Positions 49,305 to 58,289 of a stretch of DNA of 60,895 nt are shown one piece after another. The translations under genes and the position numbers were made by a program. Each line of letters opens with the position of its first letter. Position 1 is the first letter of the stretch. The DNA comes from Actinomycetes bacterium (GTDB taxonomy: Bacteria > Actinomycetota > Acidimicrobiia > Acidimicrobiales > JAKAVM01), in the NCBI GenBank assembly GCA_021817065.1, contig JAKAWH010000003.1:1-60895 (forward strand), written 5' to 3'. The notes below the pieces were generated by a model that saw only the letters and a program-made list of their open reading frames with translations, was not told where the DNA came from and did not search any database.

Positions 49305-50075
49305 TCAGCTGGGAAGGCTGGAGACCAGCGCTTCCCACAGAAGCGTCTCCACGTCGCTGGGGTAAGCGTCGCTGGCAGGGCCGTTTGCGATCAGCGGGCC
49401 GATCCCGATCGCTGACCCTGCTAGATGCGCAACTAGATCCCGACCCTCAGGGGCGTCCAGAGCGAGTAGCCGCACCAGGTCCTCGGGTCGCCAGGCAATC
49501 AGCGCTGCGCAGTGGAAGATAGCGCCGTCCCGGCTGCGCCGCTGGCAGACACCCACCACCTTGCACCCACGCACCTCCACTTCGCCTGCCGCGGTCCCCG
49601 CGAAACACGCCAACCGGGACCAGCCGCTGCAAGCCGGCGCTGCAACTGGCACCATCGAGGCAGGTACGCCGGCGCGCTCCAGTGCGTGCCTCCACACCTC
49701 CCCGACCCAGTGGCTAGATCGCACGACATCGTCATCCCACAAGGGGTCGTGCCGCGGGATAAAAAGATCCACCCAGAAGACATCCCCGGGCACCACGAGC
49801 ACTGCGCCACCGCCGCTCCGCCGGCGCACCACCTCGATCGACGCCGCCGCCACGGCCGCGACATCGACCACCGAGCACGGCTGGGTCGAACCGAGGACCA
49901 GGGCAGGTTTGCTGGGACGGCACCACGTCACCAGTCGCTCGCCCTTCGCCTGAAAAGGGCGTGCGTGTAGCTCGGCGGGCGTGGCAACCCGCGCTTCCGC
50001 TCGCCATCGGTCGCCGCCTGTCTCCGCCCCGCCCCCGACAACCAGCGCCTCCGCTCTCCATCGATCGCCCACCAC
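49305..50075 (-). CDS. biotin/lipoate A/B protein ligase (LplA/LipB) family protein
   Basis: VVRRRSGGGAVLV and VRGCKVVGVCQRR (catalytic-Lys motif) parallel LplA RRxSGGGAV and GRKxSGSA. The start is uncertain (GTG at 50075 or 50072 at the HNH stop). The N-terminus has a duplicated GDRWRAEA segment. Confidence 0.65.
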   Translation of the reverse strand: MVGDRWRAEALVVGGGAETGGDRWRAEARVATPAELHARPFQAKGERLVTWCRPSKPALVLGSTQPCSVVDVAAVAAASIEVVRRRSGGGAVLVVPGDVFWVDLFIPRHDPLWDDDVVRSSHWVGEVWRHALERAGVPASMVPVAAPACSGWSRLACFAGTAAGEVEVRGCKVVGVCQRRSRDGAIFHCAALIAWRPEDLVRLLALDAPEGRDLVAHLAGSAIGIGPLIANGPASDAYPSDVETLLWEALVSSLPS

Positions 50076-50713
50076 TAGTCGATGTATGACGGCACCGCCA
50101 CCTTCACCGGTCCGTGGCAACCGTTGGAACCGGGGAGCGGAATATCGAGCATCGCCGCGTGCCCGCTGCCGTCGACCGGGGAGACCGAATGTCCATTGCC
50201 GTCGACCGGGAACACTCCGTGCCCGTTGCCGAGATAGGGCACCCATTCCTCCCGGATCGGCGAACCGTGCACGAGAATCCAGATCCGTTCCCGGGGCTGA
50301 AAAGGCTGGCGCGCGAGCTTCAATCCCGCCTCGTGGGGTAGGTGGTCCTCCTTCTTCGCGTTGCACCGCCTGCACGCGGCGACCACGTTCTCCCACTCGT
50401 GCCGGCCTCCGCGGCTCCGGGGAATCACGTGATCGATGTTCTCAGCCCCACAGCCGCAATACTGGCAGACCCCCCCGTCCCGAAAGAAGATCGCCCTACG
50501 ATTGAGAGCCATCCTTCTCTGGTACGGGACCCGGACATATCGCGAGAGACGGACCACCGACGGTTCCGGCACTGCCAGTCGGGCCGAGTGAAAAGCCCGC
50601 CCGGTCGTGTGCACCAGTTCCGCCTTCTCCCCCATCACCAGCGACAGTGCTCGCCTGGAAGCAACGACGCACAGTGGCTCGTACGTCATGTTCAAGACGA
50701 GCGCCTGACTCAT
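50075..50713 (-). CDS. HNH endonuclease with a His/Gly-rich C-terminal repeat tail
   Basis: CQYCG...DHVIPRSRGGRHEWENVVAACRRCNAKK is an HNH core. ATG at 50713 (MSQALVLNMTYEPL). The tail is GNGHGVFPVD / GNGHSVSPVD / GSGHAAMLDI. Confidence 0.8.
   Translation of the reverse strand: MSQALVLNMTYEPLCVVASRRALSLVMGEKAELVHTTGRAFHSARLAVPEPSVVRLSRYVRVPYQRRMALNRRAIFFRDGGVCQYCGCGAENIDHVIPRSRGGRHEWENVVAACRRCNAKKEDHLPHEAGLKLARQPFQPRERIWILVHGSPIREEWVPYLGNGHGVFPVDGNGHSVSPVDGSGHAAMLDIPLPGSNGCHGPVKVAVPSYID
50141..50230. repeat. degenerate 30-bp tandem repeat (3 copies) in the HNH gene 3' end
   Basis: Units at 50141, 50171 and 50201. The last two share gtcgaccggg...gcc ends. Roughly 70-80% identity by eye. Confidence 0.7.
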
Positions 50714-50855
50714 GGTCGGCGCCCGGCCGGTAGGTCCTTCGTGAGCGACCAACCTCCCGCCCCGGGGCATGTCGCCAGCATCGGCTTTCTACCGGTTGTC
50801 CTTTCGGATCCGGGATACCGACCACCCTGACCGGGGCCGTTTGCCTGGCCACGTT

Positions 50856-51161
50856 TCATTGAACCCGAGGATACAGGGTGCCGGTGGACATCCGGTCCAT
50901 CATCCGGCACCATAGGAGGTACTCGACGAGCCGTTGGGCTCCGATGACATGGAGCGGGCTGGGAGAAGCCCCGAAAACGGTCTCCACCCGAAATTTCCAA
51001 TACGACCGATCGGGCAGGGGAAGAAACGGCGGGCGGCGCCACCATCCGTCCGGCGTGAACCGGATTGCCTGCCTCACCGCTGGAATCCAGAGAGAGGGGT
51101 GGAACAAGACCGCCACAAACGCGATCCGTCTCACCGTCTGTGCTTCACAGGCGGCCACCAT
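50856..51161 (-). CDS. hypothetical small protein (one N-terminal hydrophobic segment)
   Basis: 101 aa with coding-like GC3 on this strand only. Contains WWRRPPFLPLPDRSYWKFRVETVFG. No family recognised. Confidence 0.4.
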   Translation of the reverse strand: MVAACEAQTVRRIAFVAVLFHPSLWIPAVRQAIRFTPDGWWRRPPFLPLPDRSYWKFRVETVFGASPSPLHVIGAQRLVEYLLWCRMMDRMSTGTLYPRVQ

Positions 51162-51203
51162 GCGAGTCGGGAAACGTGTCCTCTCGACACTGTGGACCGG
51201 TGG

Positions 51204-52451
51204 TCAACGGCGAGCACTGCTCCACGGCCCAGCGTCCCCCCTTGGTTCCTTGGGCAATCCCAGCACCCGCTCGCCGAGAATGTTCCGTTGCACTTGAGAG
51301 GTTCCCGCGTAGATGGTCCCCGATCGGGCTTTGAGGAACACGTCGTACCAGTTCGCCGCGATGTTATCGGAGCCAAAATAGTCGGTGGGGAACGTCACCG
51401 GCCCGTCTTTCGCTCCGGGAACTGTTGCCTCCATGCCGAGGATGTCCATCGCCAGCTCCGTCGCTCGCTGGTGGTACTCGCTCCAGAAGATCTTGAACAC
51501 CGAAGACTCCGGTCCAGGCTGCTCTCCAGCAAGGAATCGGTTCAACGAGCGCATTCCCAGGAACCGCATCATCTCGACCTCTGCATAGCACTGCGCGATT
51601 CGTTGCCGGATAATCGGATTCCGGTCTGCGCCCCGGCTCCGGGCTAGCGCGATCAGCTTGTCCAACTCCTCACGGAAGCGGAGTGGAAAGGTGGCTGCCG
51701 CCTCGCCCCTCTCGTAGCCAAGGAGGGTCATCGCCACCGCCCAGCCACCGTTGACCTCTCCAACCACGTTGGCCAACCCCGTCCGCGCTCCGGTGAAGAA
51801 CACCTCGTTGAACTCCGAGTCCCCCGACAGCATCCGGATGGGCCGGACCTCGACTCCCGGCTGGTCCATCGGCACCAAGAGAAAGGTGATTCCCTGGTGT
51901 TTGGGAACCGACGGATCGGTGCGGGCAACCACGAAGATCCAGTTGGCCAGGTGACCGTAGGAGGTCCAGATCTTCTGGCCGTCGATCACCCACTGGTCGC
52001 CGTCGGCCACCGCCCGGGTGGAGAGATTCCCCAGGTCGGAACCGGCGTCCGGCTCCGAATAGCCCTGACACCATATATCCTCTCCCGAGAGGATTCTAGG
52101 TAGGAAGTGCCGCTTCTGATCTTCGGTGCCCCAGTCGAGAAGGGTGTTCCCGATCATCTGGATCCCGAAGACGTCGTTGGGCCCACCCCCCGGTACGCCT
52201 GCACGGGTGAGCTCCTCCATCAACACCACTTGCTCGAGGGCGCTCAGGTCCGAGCCCCCGTACTCCTTCGGCCACGACACCGCGAGGTATCCCGCCTGGT
52301 GCAGGCGGCGACGCCACTCGTCGACGAACCGGTACCCCTCCTCGGCGCTCAGTGCCCCGACACCCTTCCATCCCGCTGGGAGCTGCCTGCCAAGGAAGTC
52401 GCGCACCGTGGAACGAAACGCTTCCGCTTCGGGCGGGTACCTGTTATTCAT
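51204..52451 (-). CDS. acyl-CoA dehydrogenase family protein
   Basis: 415 aa with CQGYSEPDAGSDL and DGQKIWTSYG, typical of FadE-type ACADs. Confidence 0.85.
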   Translation of the reverse strand: MNNRYPPEAEAFRSTVRDFLGRQLPAGWKGVGALSAEEGYRFVDEWRRRLHQAGYLAVSWPKEYGGSDLSALEQVVLMEELTRAGVPGGGPNDVFGIQMIGNTLLDWGTEDQKRHFLPRILSGEDIWCQGYSEPDAGSDLGNLSTRAVADGDQWVIDGQKIWTSYGHLANWIFVVARTDPSVPKHQGITFLLVPMDQPGVEVRPIRMLSGDSEFNEVFFTGARTGLANVVGEVNGGWAVAMTLLGYERGEAAATFPLRFREELDKLIALARSRGADRNPIIRQRIAQCYAEVEMMRFLGMRSLNRFLAGEQPGPESSVFKIFWSEYHQRATELAMDILGMEATVPGAKDGPVTFPTDYFGSDNIAANWYDVFLKARSGTIYAGTSQVQRNILGERVLGLPKEPRGDAGPWSSARR

Positions 52452-53351
52452 TCAGAAAATCCTACCGGTCCAGGGCCCCTTCAGTCCCCAACCGCGCCAT
52501 CCAACTGCCGCAGCGCCCACCAACGGCCCCCGGGCGCCGAGGAGAGCTGGCGCAATCCGCGTTCCACGGGAAAAGTCGGTCCTCGCCCTCTCGTCGATCT
52601 CCTCCTGGGCAGATTCGAAGAACGGAGTGCCGAAGCCGAGCGCTACCGATCCGGCCACCAGGGCCAGGTCGAGGTCGAGCAGATTGGCCACTGATGCAAC
52701 TGCCCTTCCGACCAGCCGCCCCGTGCGCTCGATCACCTCGGGAGTGGCGCTCTCGGGATCGTCGCCAGTGATTGCGGCAATGGCCGGTCCCGATGCTTCT
52801 GCTTCCAAACAGCCGCGCGCTCCGCATGCACACAACCTCCCGTTCGGCTCGACGATCAGGTGGCCAATGTGTCCTGCATTACCGCTCAGCCCGTCGAGGA
52901 GCCTCCCATCCAGCACTATGCCTCCTCCCACGCCGGTCGACACGACCATGGCAAGAAAGCTGGACTTGCCTCGGGCCCCCCCTTGCCACCATTCACCAAG
53001 AGCAAGTGCCTTGGCGTCATTGTCGACGAACACCGGCAGGACGGTGAGAATCCGGAGACGATCGAGAAGAGGGAACTCGCGCCAGGCGGGAATGTTGAGC
53101 GGGGAGACGTTCTCACCCCGGGCGGCCATAGGGCCGCCGCATCCCACGCCGCATACCACCGCACCCTGCGGCAACCGACCGATCAGACCGGCAAGGCTGC
53201 CCAAGAGCTCCTCGGCATCGCCGGTGGCAGGTGTCGGCATGCGAAGCTCATCGACCACCCGACCACAGGCATCGACCAGCCCGGCCGAGAATTTTGTACC
53301 GCCGATATCGATTGCAAGGCATAGTTCGCCTCCGCTCCGATCAGGCGTCAC
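52452..53351 (-). CDS. ROK-family sugar kinase
   Basis: DIGGTKF, NDAKALALGE and the zinc motif CACGARGCLE. The stop abuts the next ATG (TGAATG). Confidence 0.8.
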   Translation of the reverse strand: MTPDRSGGELCLAIDIGGTKFSAGLVDACGRVVDELRMPTPATGDAEELLGSLAGLIGRLPQGAVVCGVGCGGPMAARGENVSPLNIPAWREFPLLDRLRILTVLPVFVDNDAKALALGEWWQGGARGKSSFLAMVVSTGVGGGIVLDGRLLDGLSGNAGHIGHLIVEPNGRLCACGARGCLEAEASGPAIAAITGDDPESATPEVIERTGRLVGRAVASVANLLDLDLALVAGSVALGFGTPFFESAQEEIDERARTDFSRGTRIAPALLGARGPLVGAAAVGWRGWGLKGPWTGRIF

Positions 53352-53387
53352 CCACCCCTCCCCCTCGGCCAGAGACCGATCGCCGGT

Positions 53388-53762
53388 TCAGGTCTCGCGA
53401 TGGAAACGATGCCGAAGCTTCTGTCGAACATCGCCCATCATGCCGGTCAAGCCGTGCTCGCGGCTGGCGGCAGCCAGATCGGCAAGCCCTGCCCGACCCA
53501 TCCTGCGCGCATTGCGCTGGATGAGGACGCCGGAGACCAACATCACTGCGAAACCGCCCAGTGCTACGGCCGTGTTGGTGGTGAACGACACGATGATGAT
53601 CACCAGACCTGCACACAACCCGGCGGCCCCCCACTTGATGTACCGGCCCGAATGGCTATAGACGGTCTCCGAACGAAACTTCTCCGCGGACTCCGGGTCC
53701 TGCTCATAGAAGCTTCGCTCGATCTCGTAGAGAATCCGCTGCTCTTCTTCTGATAGCGGCAC
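53388..53762 (-). CDS. DUF3040 membrane protein
   Basis: MPLSEEEQRILYEIERSFYEQDP followed by two TM helices. Confidence 0.8.
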   Translation of the reverse strand: MPLSEEEQRILYEIERSFYEQDPESAEKFRSETVYSHSGRYIKWGAAGLCAGLVIIIVSFTTNTAVALGGFAVMLVSGVLIQRNARRMGRAGLADLAAASREHGLTGMMGDVRQKLRHRFHRET

Positions 53763-53912
53763 CGCTACTCCTTAGACACCGGCATCGAGATCACTTCCAC
53801 CCCCAATCTTCGCGCATCCCGAGCCGTCCAACAACGGGTACCGATGGCTCGAGACGTACCCAGGGGAGATCCGGACGTTTCGCACCCTGTTCCTGGCCCT
53901 GCAGCGCGCGGG

Positions 53913-55241
53913 TCAGTCGGTCCATGTCTCCTCCGAGGGTCCCCACTGGGTGTCACCCCGCCGCTTCATGGCAAGGCCCTCCGGGGACACCAGGCTGGCT
54001 GCTCCGACCGCCCGATTCCCAAAGCGTTGACGGATCGCAGCGACCGCAGCGGCGATCTTCACCCCTCCCGGATCTCGCGTCACGCCTCCTTCCCTCTGCG
54101 TCGGAGCGAGGTCGAAACTGAGCTGGGTCCCCGCTATATTGGCTGGCAGGAAATGGCTTGCGCTCACCCCTGCCAAACGCACACCGTCTCCCATCTCGAC
54201 CTGCGCGGCAAGCCTCTTGGCAACGGCGGAAATCGCGTGACCTCCCACCAGCGGATCCGGTACCGTCTCCGATCTGCTCACCGTCTCGAACCCGGTATTG
54301 CGGACCTTGATGGTCACCGTTCGGCAGGCTAGCGCAGCTGCGCTCAGGCGCTGCGCGACGGCATCGGACAGCCTCACGAACTCGCGATCGAGAACTGTGC
54401 GGTCAGTTATGTCGGTGGCATAGGTCTCTTCGTGGCCGATCGACTTCGGCGGGAGAAAGGGCTCCACCCGGCGCGGGTCCCTCGCCCAGGCCAGCTCATG
54501 GAGTTGGTGTCCGGCCGCCGGCCCGAGCGCGCCGACCAGCGATGCGAGAGGGACCCGTGCGAGATCGCCGACCGTCTCGACGCCGATCTTCCGAAGGCTC
54601 CCCAAGGTCGCCGGCCCGACCCCCCACAATGCGCCGACCGACATCGGATGCAGGAAGTCGAGCTCGCCATCGGGCTCGACCACCACCACCCCGGGACCGG
54701 TTCGGACACCCGATCGCGAAAAACGCGGTTTCGCCGCTCGGGACCCGAGTTTGGCGAGGAACTTGGTGCGGGCGACCCCAATGCAGGCTTCGAGACCGGT
54801 CACGCTGCGGATCTCGGAGCGAAGCCGGCGGGCAATCTCCGGGCCGTCCCCGAACAACCGGCGGCAACCAGAAACATCCAGGAAAGCTTCGTCGAGCGAG
54901 ATGGTCTCCACCAATGGGGTATAGGCCATCAGGACGCCACGAAACTCCTCGCTCACCTGTTCATATCGTGAATAGCGGCCCGAGAGGAACACGGCCTGGG
55001 GGCAAAGCTGCCGTGCCCGGCTGGTGGGCATCGCCGAACGGATCCCAAATACCCGAGCCTCGTAAGAACATGCGGCCACAACCCCTCGGGACCCGGTGCC
55101 GCCCACCACCACGGGAATGCCGAAGAGCTCCGGCCGGTCAGCCACCTCGACGGCAGCGAAGAAACAGTCCATATCGACATGAAGGATCGGGGTATCCGGT
55201 CCGCCCGGCTGCTCGACCGGTTCCCGAGCCCCGGATACCAT
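53913..55241 (-). CDS. dinB: DNA polymerase IV (Y-family)
   Basis: ILHVDMDCFFAAVE and SLDEAFLDVSG. Start is the ATG at 55241 or the GTG at 55268 (GTGA overlap with the upstream stop). Confidence 0.88.
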   Translation of the reverse strand: MVSGAREPVEQPGGPDTPILHVDMDCFFAAVEVADRPELFGIPVVVGGTGSRGVVAACSYEARVFGIRSAMPTSRARQLCPQAVFLSGRYSRYEQVSEEFRGVLMAYTPLVETISLDEAFLDVSGCRRLFGDGPEIARRLRSEIRSVTGLEACIGVARTKFLAKLGSRAAKPRFSRSGVRTGPGVVVVEPDGELDFLHPMSVGALWGVGPATLGSLRKIGVETVGDLARVPLASLVGALGPAAGHQLHELAWARDPRRVEPFLPPKSIGHEETYATDITDRTVLDREFVRLSDAVAQRLSAAALACRTVTIKVRNTGFETVSRSETVPDPLVGGHAISAVAKRLAAQVEMGDGVRLAGVSASHFLPANIAGTQLSFDLAPTQREGGVTRDPGGVKIAAAVAAIRQRFGNRAVGAASLVSPEGLAMKRRGDTQWGPSEETWTD

Positions 55242-55264
55242 CGGCCGGCAGTTAATGTGCTCGC

Positions 55265-55969
55265 TCACCCGGCCAGATGCTGCCGTCGAAAAGTTTCCGC
55301 GAACCGTACTCCAGCCGTGCCCCCCGCCTCCTCGGCCCGGCGACGGACCATCGACTCGACCCATTCAGGCGAGGCCCCCACCTGGCTCCGATGGCATTGG
55401 AGCGCGGCCACCTTGCGCTCCAACGTCTCGCTCACGTCGACGGCAATGTCTGGGAAGAGCGTCCCGGAAAGGAAGAGCATCTCCACCTGGTGGGGCGGTC
55501 CCGCCGCTGGAAAATAAAGCGGAAGTGCCGCCGCCGGAGCCACCGCATCGACCGCGCACCACCCGGCCGCCCGATGATCGCGATGGTTAACGTATTCCTG
55601 CCCGAAGAAAGCTGCGGTCGGGTCGGGACACACCACCACGTGCGGCTTGATCGTACGGACCAACCGAACCAGCTCCTCCCGAAGGGACAGGGTGTCCCCC
55701 ACCTCGCCATCCGGGTAGCCCAAGGTGATCCTCCCGGCCAATCCGAGTACCCGTGATGCTTCGGCCATCTCCTCCGCCCGGCGTTGGACCAACCCCTCCG
55801 CGTTGCCGTCCGCTGCCCCCTTGTCACCAGAGGTGATCACCACCACGTGAACTTCAGAACCCTGCGATGCCCACAGTGCTAGGGTGCCGCCGCATGCCAC
55901 CTCGGCATCGTCCGGATGGGCGTAGACAGCAAGGGCCACTGCTGGGACAAGGGAGACCAGTTCGGGCAC
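55265..55969 (-). CDS. PIG-L/LmbE-family deacetylase
   Basis: AHPDDAE zinc motif and HRDH. The start was trimmed to the GTG at 55969 to clear the divergent gene. Confidence 0.75.
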   Translation of the reverse strand: MPELVSLVPAVALAVYAHPDDAEVACGGTLALWASQGSEVHVVVITSGDKGAADGNAEGLVQRRAEEMAEASRVLGLAGRITLGYPDGEVGDTLSLREELVRLVRTIKPHVVVCPDPTAAFFGQEYVNHRDHRAAGWCAVDAVAPAAALPLYFPAAGPPHQVEMLFLSGTLFPDIAVDVSETLERKVAALQCHRSQVGASPEWVESMVRRRAEEAGGTAGVRFAETFRRQHLAG

Positions 55970-56105
55970 CCTTCGAGAGTACCGGGGGAGTGGGTGGGAG
56001 GGAACCACCTCCAAGCCGCCAGGCGGTAACAATCCATTGTCGACGCGGGAGCGGCTTCCCCGTAGTATGTTGCAGCCCCGCTCCCCCCCGCAGCAACAAT
56101 GCGCC

Positions 56106-57158
56106 ATGAGTCAAACCATCACCCGTGCCACATCCTCCCTGCGAGTCGTCCTCGCGACCGTCGCGGTCTTCGCCGGGTCGGTGGCGATTAGTGGACGTGC
56201 TTCTGCAACGCCTCCCGCCGGCGCGGCCGACCCGACCCGGGGAACGTCTGGCGAGACCGACGCTTCCCTGGTCCTCCAGATCGCAAAGCTGACCGACCAG
56301 GTCCAAACTGCCGAAGAGCGCATCGCGGTCGACCAGGTGCATCAAGCCATCGACTCGCTCGCCCTTCATCAGGCAGAGCAGATCCTGCGAACCGATGCGG
56401 TCGACGCCTTCATCACCGGAGGCCAGCCTTCGATCCCGGTCCTGTCGAACCCCTCACCGGTGTCCCGTTACTACACCGACCTGGCGGTGCAGGACCAGAG
56501 AGAGGTGGTGTCGGCCCTCCACCTTGCAGGGGCAAAGGCGAGCCGCGATGAGCGAACCGATCAGACCGACTACCACTTGCTCACCGCCCTCAGTGGGCAG
56601 CTCGACCAGGAACGTGCCTCTCTTGAAGCCCGAACCTCCCTCGATGCGCAACTGGCAGTTCAGCAGCAAGCCGATGCAGCCCGGGCCGCCGCAATGCAAG
56701 CGCAGCAACAAGAAAGGCAACAGGCGCTCGATGCGGCGGCCAATAGCGGCTCGGTCGCTCCGGTGGGGACCGCTGTGGCGGCAACCCAGGGACAACAGGG
56801 TCTCATGTCCCAATACCCCTTCGGGCCCCTCTCCACCGCGCAGCTGGCCGGCTACGGGCTGGCCGAGACCGGACAAACCGTGTCGGGGGTGGCTTCCTGG
56901 TACGGGCCGGGCTTCGACGGCCGCTCGACGGCAAGCGGCGCCATCTACGATGAGAATGGCTGGACCTGCGCCAGCCCCGACCTTCCCTTCGGAACCCTTC
57001 TGCTGGTCACAGCGGGAGCATCGGGAGTTCTCGTCGAGGTCAACGACCGCGGCCCCTACGTGGCCGGAAGGGTGCTGGACCTGAGTCACGCTGCTGCCCA
57101 AGCTCTCGGTTCGACCGGCCTCATCTCGGTGGTGGCCTACGTCGTCGCTCCGTCCTAG
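56106..57158 (+). CDS. secreted RlpA-like double-psi beta-barrel protein with a coiled-coil middle region
   Basis: Signal-like N-terminus (VVLATVAVFAGSVAISGRASA), a Gln/Ala-rich coiled region, and a C-terminal GVASWYGPGFDGRSTASGAIYDENGWTCASPDLPFGTLLLV...VNDRGPY. Confidence 0.75.
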   Translation: MSQTITRATSSLRVVLATVAVFAGSVAISGRASATPPAGAADPTRGTSGETDASLVLQIAKLTDQVQTAEERIAVDQVHQAIDSLALHQAEQILRTDAVDAFITGGQPSIPVLSNPSPVSRYYTDLAVQDQREVVSALHLAGAKASRDERTDQTDYHLLTALSGQLDQERASLEARTSLDAQLAVQQQADAARAAAMQAQQQERQQALDAAANSGSVAPVGTAVAATQGQQGLMSQYPFGPLSTAQLAGYGLAETGQTVSGVASWYGPGFDGRSTASGAIYDENGWTCASPDLPFGTLLLVTAGASGVLVEVNDRGPYVAGRVLDLSHAAAQALGSTGLISVVAYVVAPS

Positions 57159-57160
57159 CG

Positions 57161-57625
57161 CTACGCCTTCGGCGAGGTCGACTTGGAGATCAGACCCACT
57201 TCGCGCTCGAAATCGGCAAGATCCGAGAACTCCTTGTACACGCTGGCGAATCGCAGGTAAGCAACCTCGTCCAGAGCGCGAAGCCGTTCCAGCACGGCAA
57301 ACCCGATCTTCTCGGAGGGCACCACCGGACCGAGCTCCCGCATGGACTCCTCCACCTGGGCAGCCAGTCTCTCGATCTCGTTCTCGCCAACCGGCCGGCT
57401 CTTGGTGGCAGCCTGCACTCCTCGCACCACTTTGTCGCGATCGAAAGACTCGCGCCCGCCAGAGCGCTTCTGCACCGTCAGAGCGGCTTCCTCGACCCTC
57501 TCGAAGGTGGTGAACCGATATCCGCATCCGAGACATTCACGCCTCCTGCGAATAGCGATCCCGTCCTCGGCGAGCCGCGAATCAACCACCTTGTCGTCGG
57601 GTCCCGTACATATTGGACAACGCAT
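57161..57625 (-). CDS. nrdR: transcriptional repressor NrdR
   Basis: MRCPICTGPDDKVVDSR...CLGCGYRFTTFE zinc ribbon plus an ATP-cone. Confidence 0.92.
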   Translation of the reverse strand: MRCPICTGPDDKVVDSRLAEDGIAIRRRRECLGCGYRFTTFERVEEAALTVQKRSGGRESFDRDKVVRGVQAATKSRPVGENEIERLAAQVEESMRELGPVVPSEKIGFAVLERLRALDEVAYLRFASVYKEFSDLADFEREVGLISKSTSPKA

Positions 57626-57652
57626 CCCTATGACGCTACCGAGCATTGGCGC

Positions 57653-58015
57653 TCAGGGCACTTCGATCGATTCTCCGGCCTGGAGCACCCGACCGTGCAA
57701 CTCCGCCGACATCCGGTCGACATATGGTCTCGGGTCCGCGTGGGGATGGGCCGCCACTGCGATCGCCCAGAGGGTATCTCCCGGTTCGACCACGTGAACG
57801 GCCGGTCTCGCCCGGCCGGCAGACCCATCGGCTGCGGCTGGCGAGGGCCCCGACAGCAAGGGCGAGAAGAAACCCAACAAGGCCATCACCGACCCCACCA
57901 ACCCGACCACCATCGCCCCTGCGACCCTCCTACGGATACGGAACCGCAGTTCGTTACGCAAGTGAATCGCTTGCTGCTTATGCCCCATCGGCCTGGCCCT
58001 CTTCCGTTCGATCAT
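57653..58015 (-). CDS. LysM-domain membrane protein (Rv2719c-like position)
   Basis: TM helix followed by HVVEPGDTLWAIA (LysM). It is divergent from lexA and upstream of nrdR, as in mycobacteria. Confidence 0.75.
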   Translation of the reverse strand: MIERKRARPMGHKQQAIHLRNELRFRIRRRVAGAMVVGLVGSVMALLGFFSPLLSGPSPAAADGSAGRARPAVHVVEPGDTLWAIAVAAHPHADPRPYVDRMSAELHGRVLQAGESIEVP

Positions 58016-58037
58016 CGTCTATTGCTCCTATTGAAAC

Positions 58038-58053
58038 ACGAACATCTGTTCGA
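58038..58053. promoter_or_regulatory. SOS box (LexA operator)
   Basis: ACGAACATCTGTTCGA matches 15 of the 16 positions of TCGAAC-N4-GTTCGA (11 of 12 defined bases). It lies 23 nt upstream of the LysM gene start. Confidence 0.8.
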
Positions 58054-58135
58054 TGTCAAGGCGGGAAGATGTGCCGGCAGGTATACCGGTGGCCAGAGCG
58101 GCCCGGCTGCGGTGCAATCAAGAGCACAAAGCAGC

Positions 58136-58151
58136 AGGAACGAATGTTTGC
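58136..58151. promoter_or_regulatory. weaker SOS-box-like site
   Basis: AGGAACGAATGTTTGC: the GAAC half is intact and the second half is GTTT. Confidence 0.4.
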
Positions 58152-58178
58152 GTATCGGTCTGGACGGGAGTAGTCTGC

Positions 58179-58194
58179 GGGAACTCACGTTCGA
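58179..58194. promoter_or_regulatory. SOS box (LexA operator) upstream of lexA
   Basis: GGGAACTCACGTTCGA has a perfect GAAC-N4-GTTC core. It lies about 96 nt upstream of the lexA ATG. Confidence 0.75.
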
Positions 58195-58289
58195 TATGTA
58201 CACGAAGGGTGTGACAACCCACGAGAGCCCGCAGACCGGATGACCCGGGACGCACTCTCCCGGGTCGCCGCAGCCAAGAGGAAGGTCTC

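Noticed and set aside
55970-56105. c-di-AMP (ydaO-type) riboswitch in front of the RlpA-like cell-wall gene.
   Set aside because: G-rich blocks (CGGGGGAG, GGGAACC, CCCCGTAG) recall parts of the motif. The conserved CCGA..CCG.CAGCU.ACCUCGUA segment is absent, and the spacer also has to hold two divergent promoters. It should be checked with Rfam RF00379, but is not supported here.
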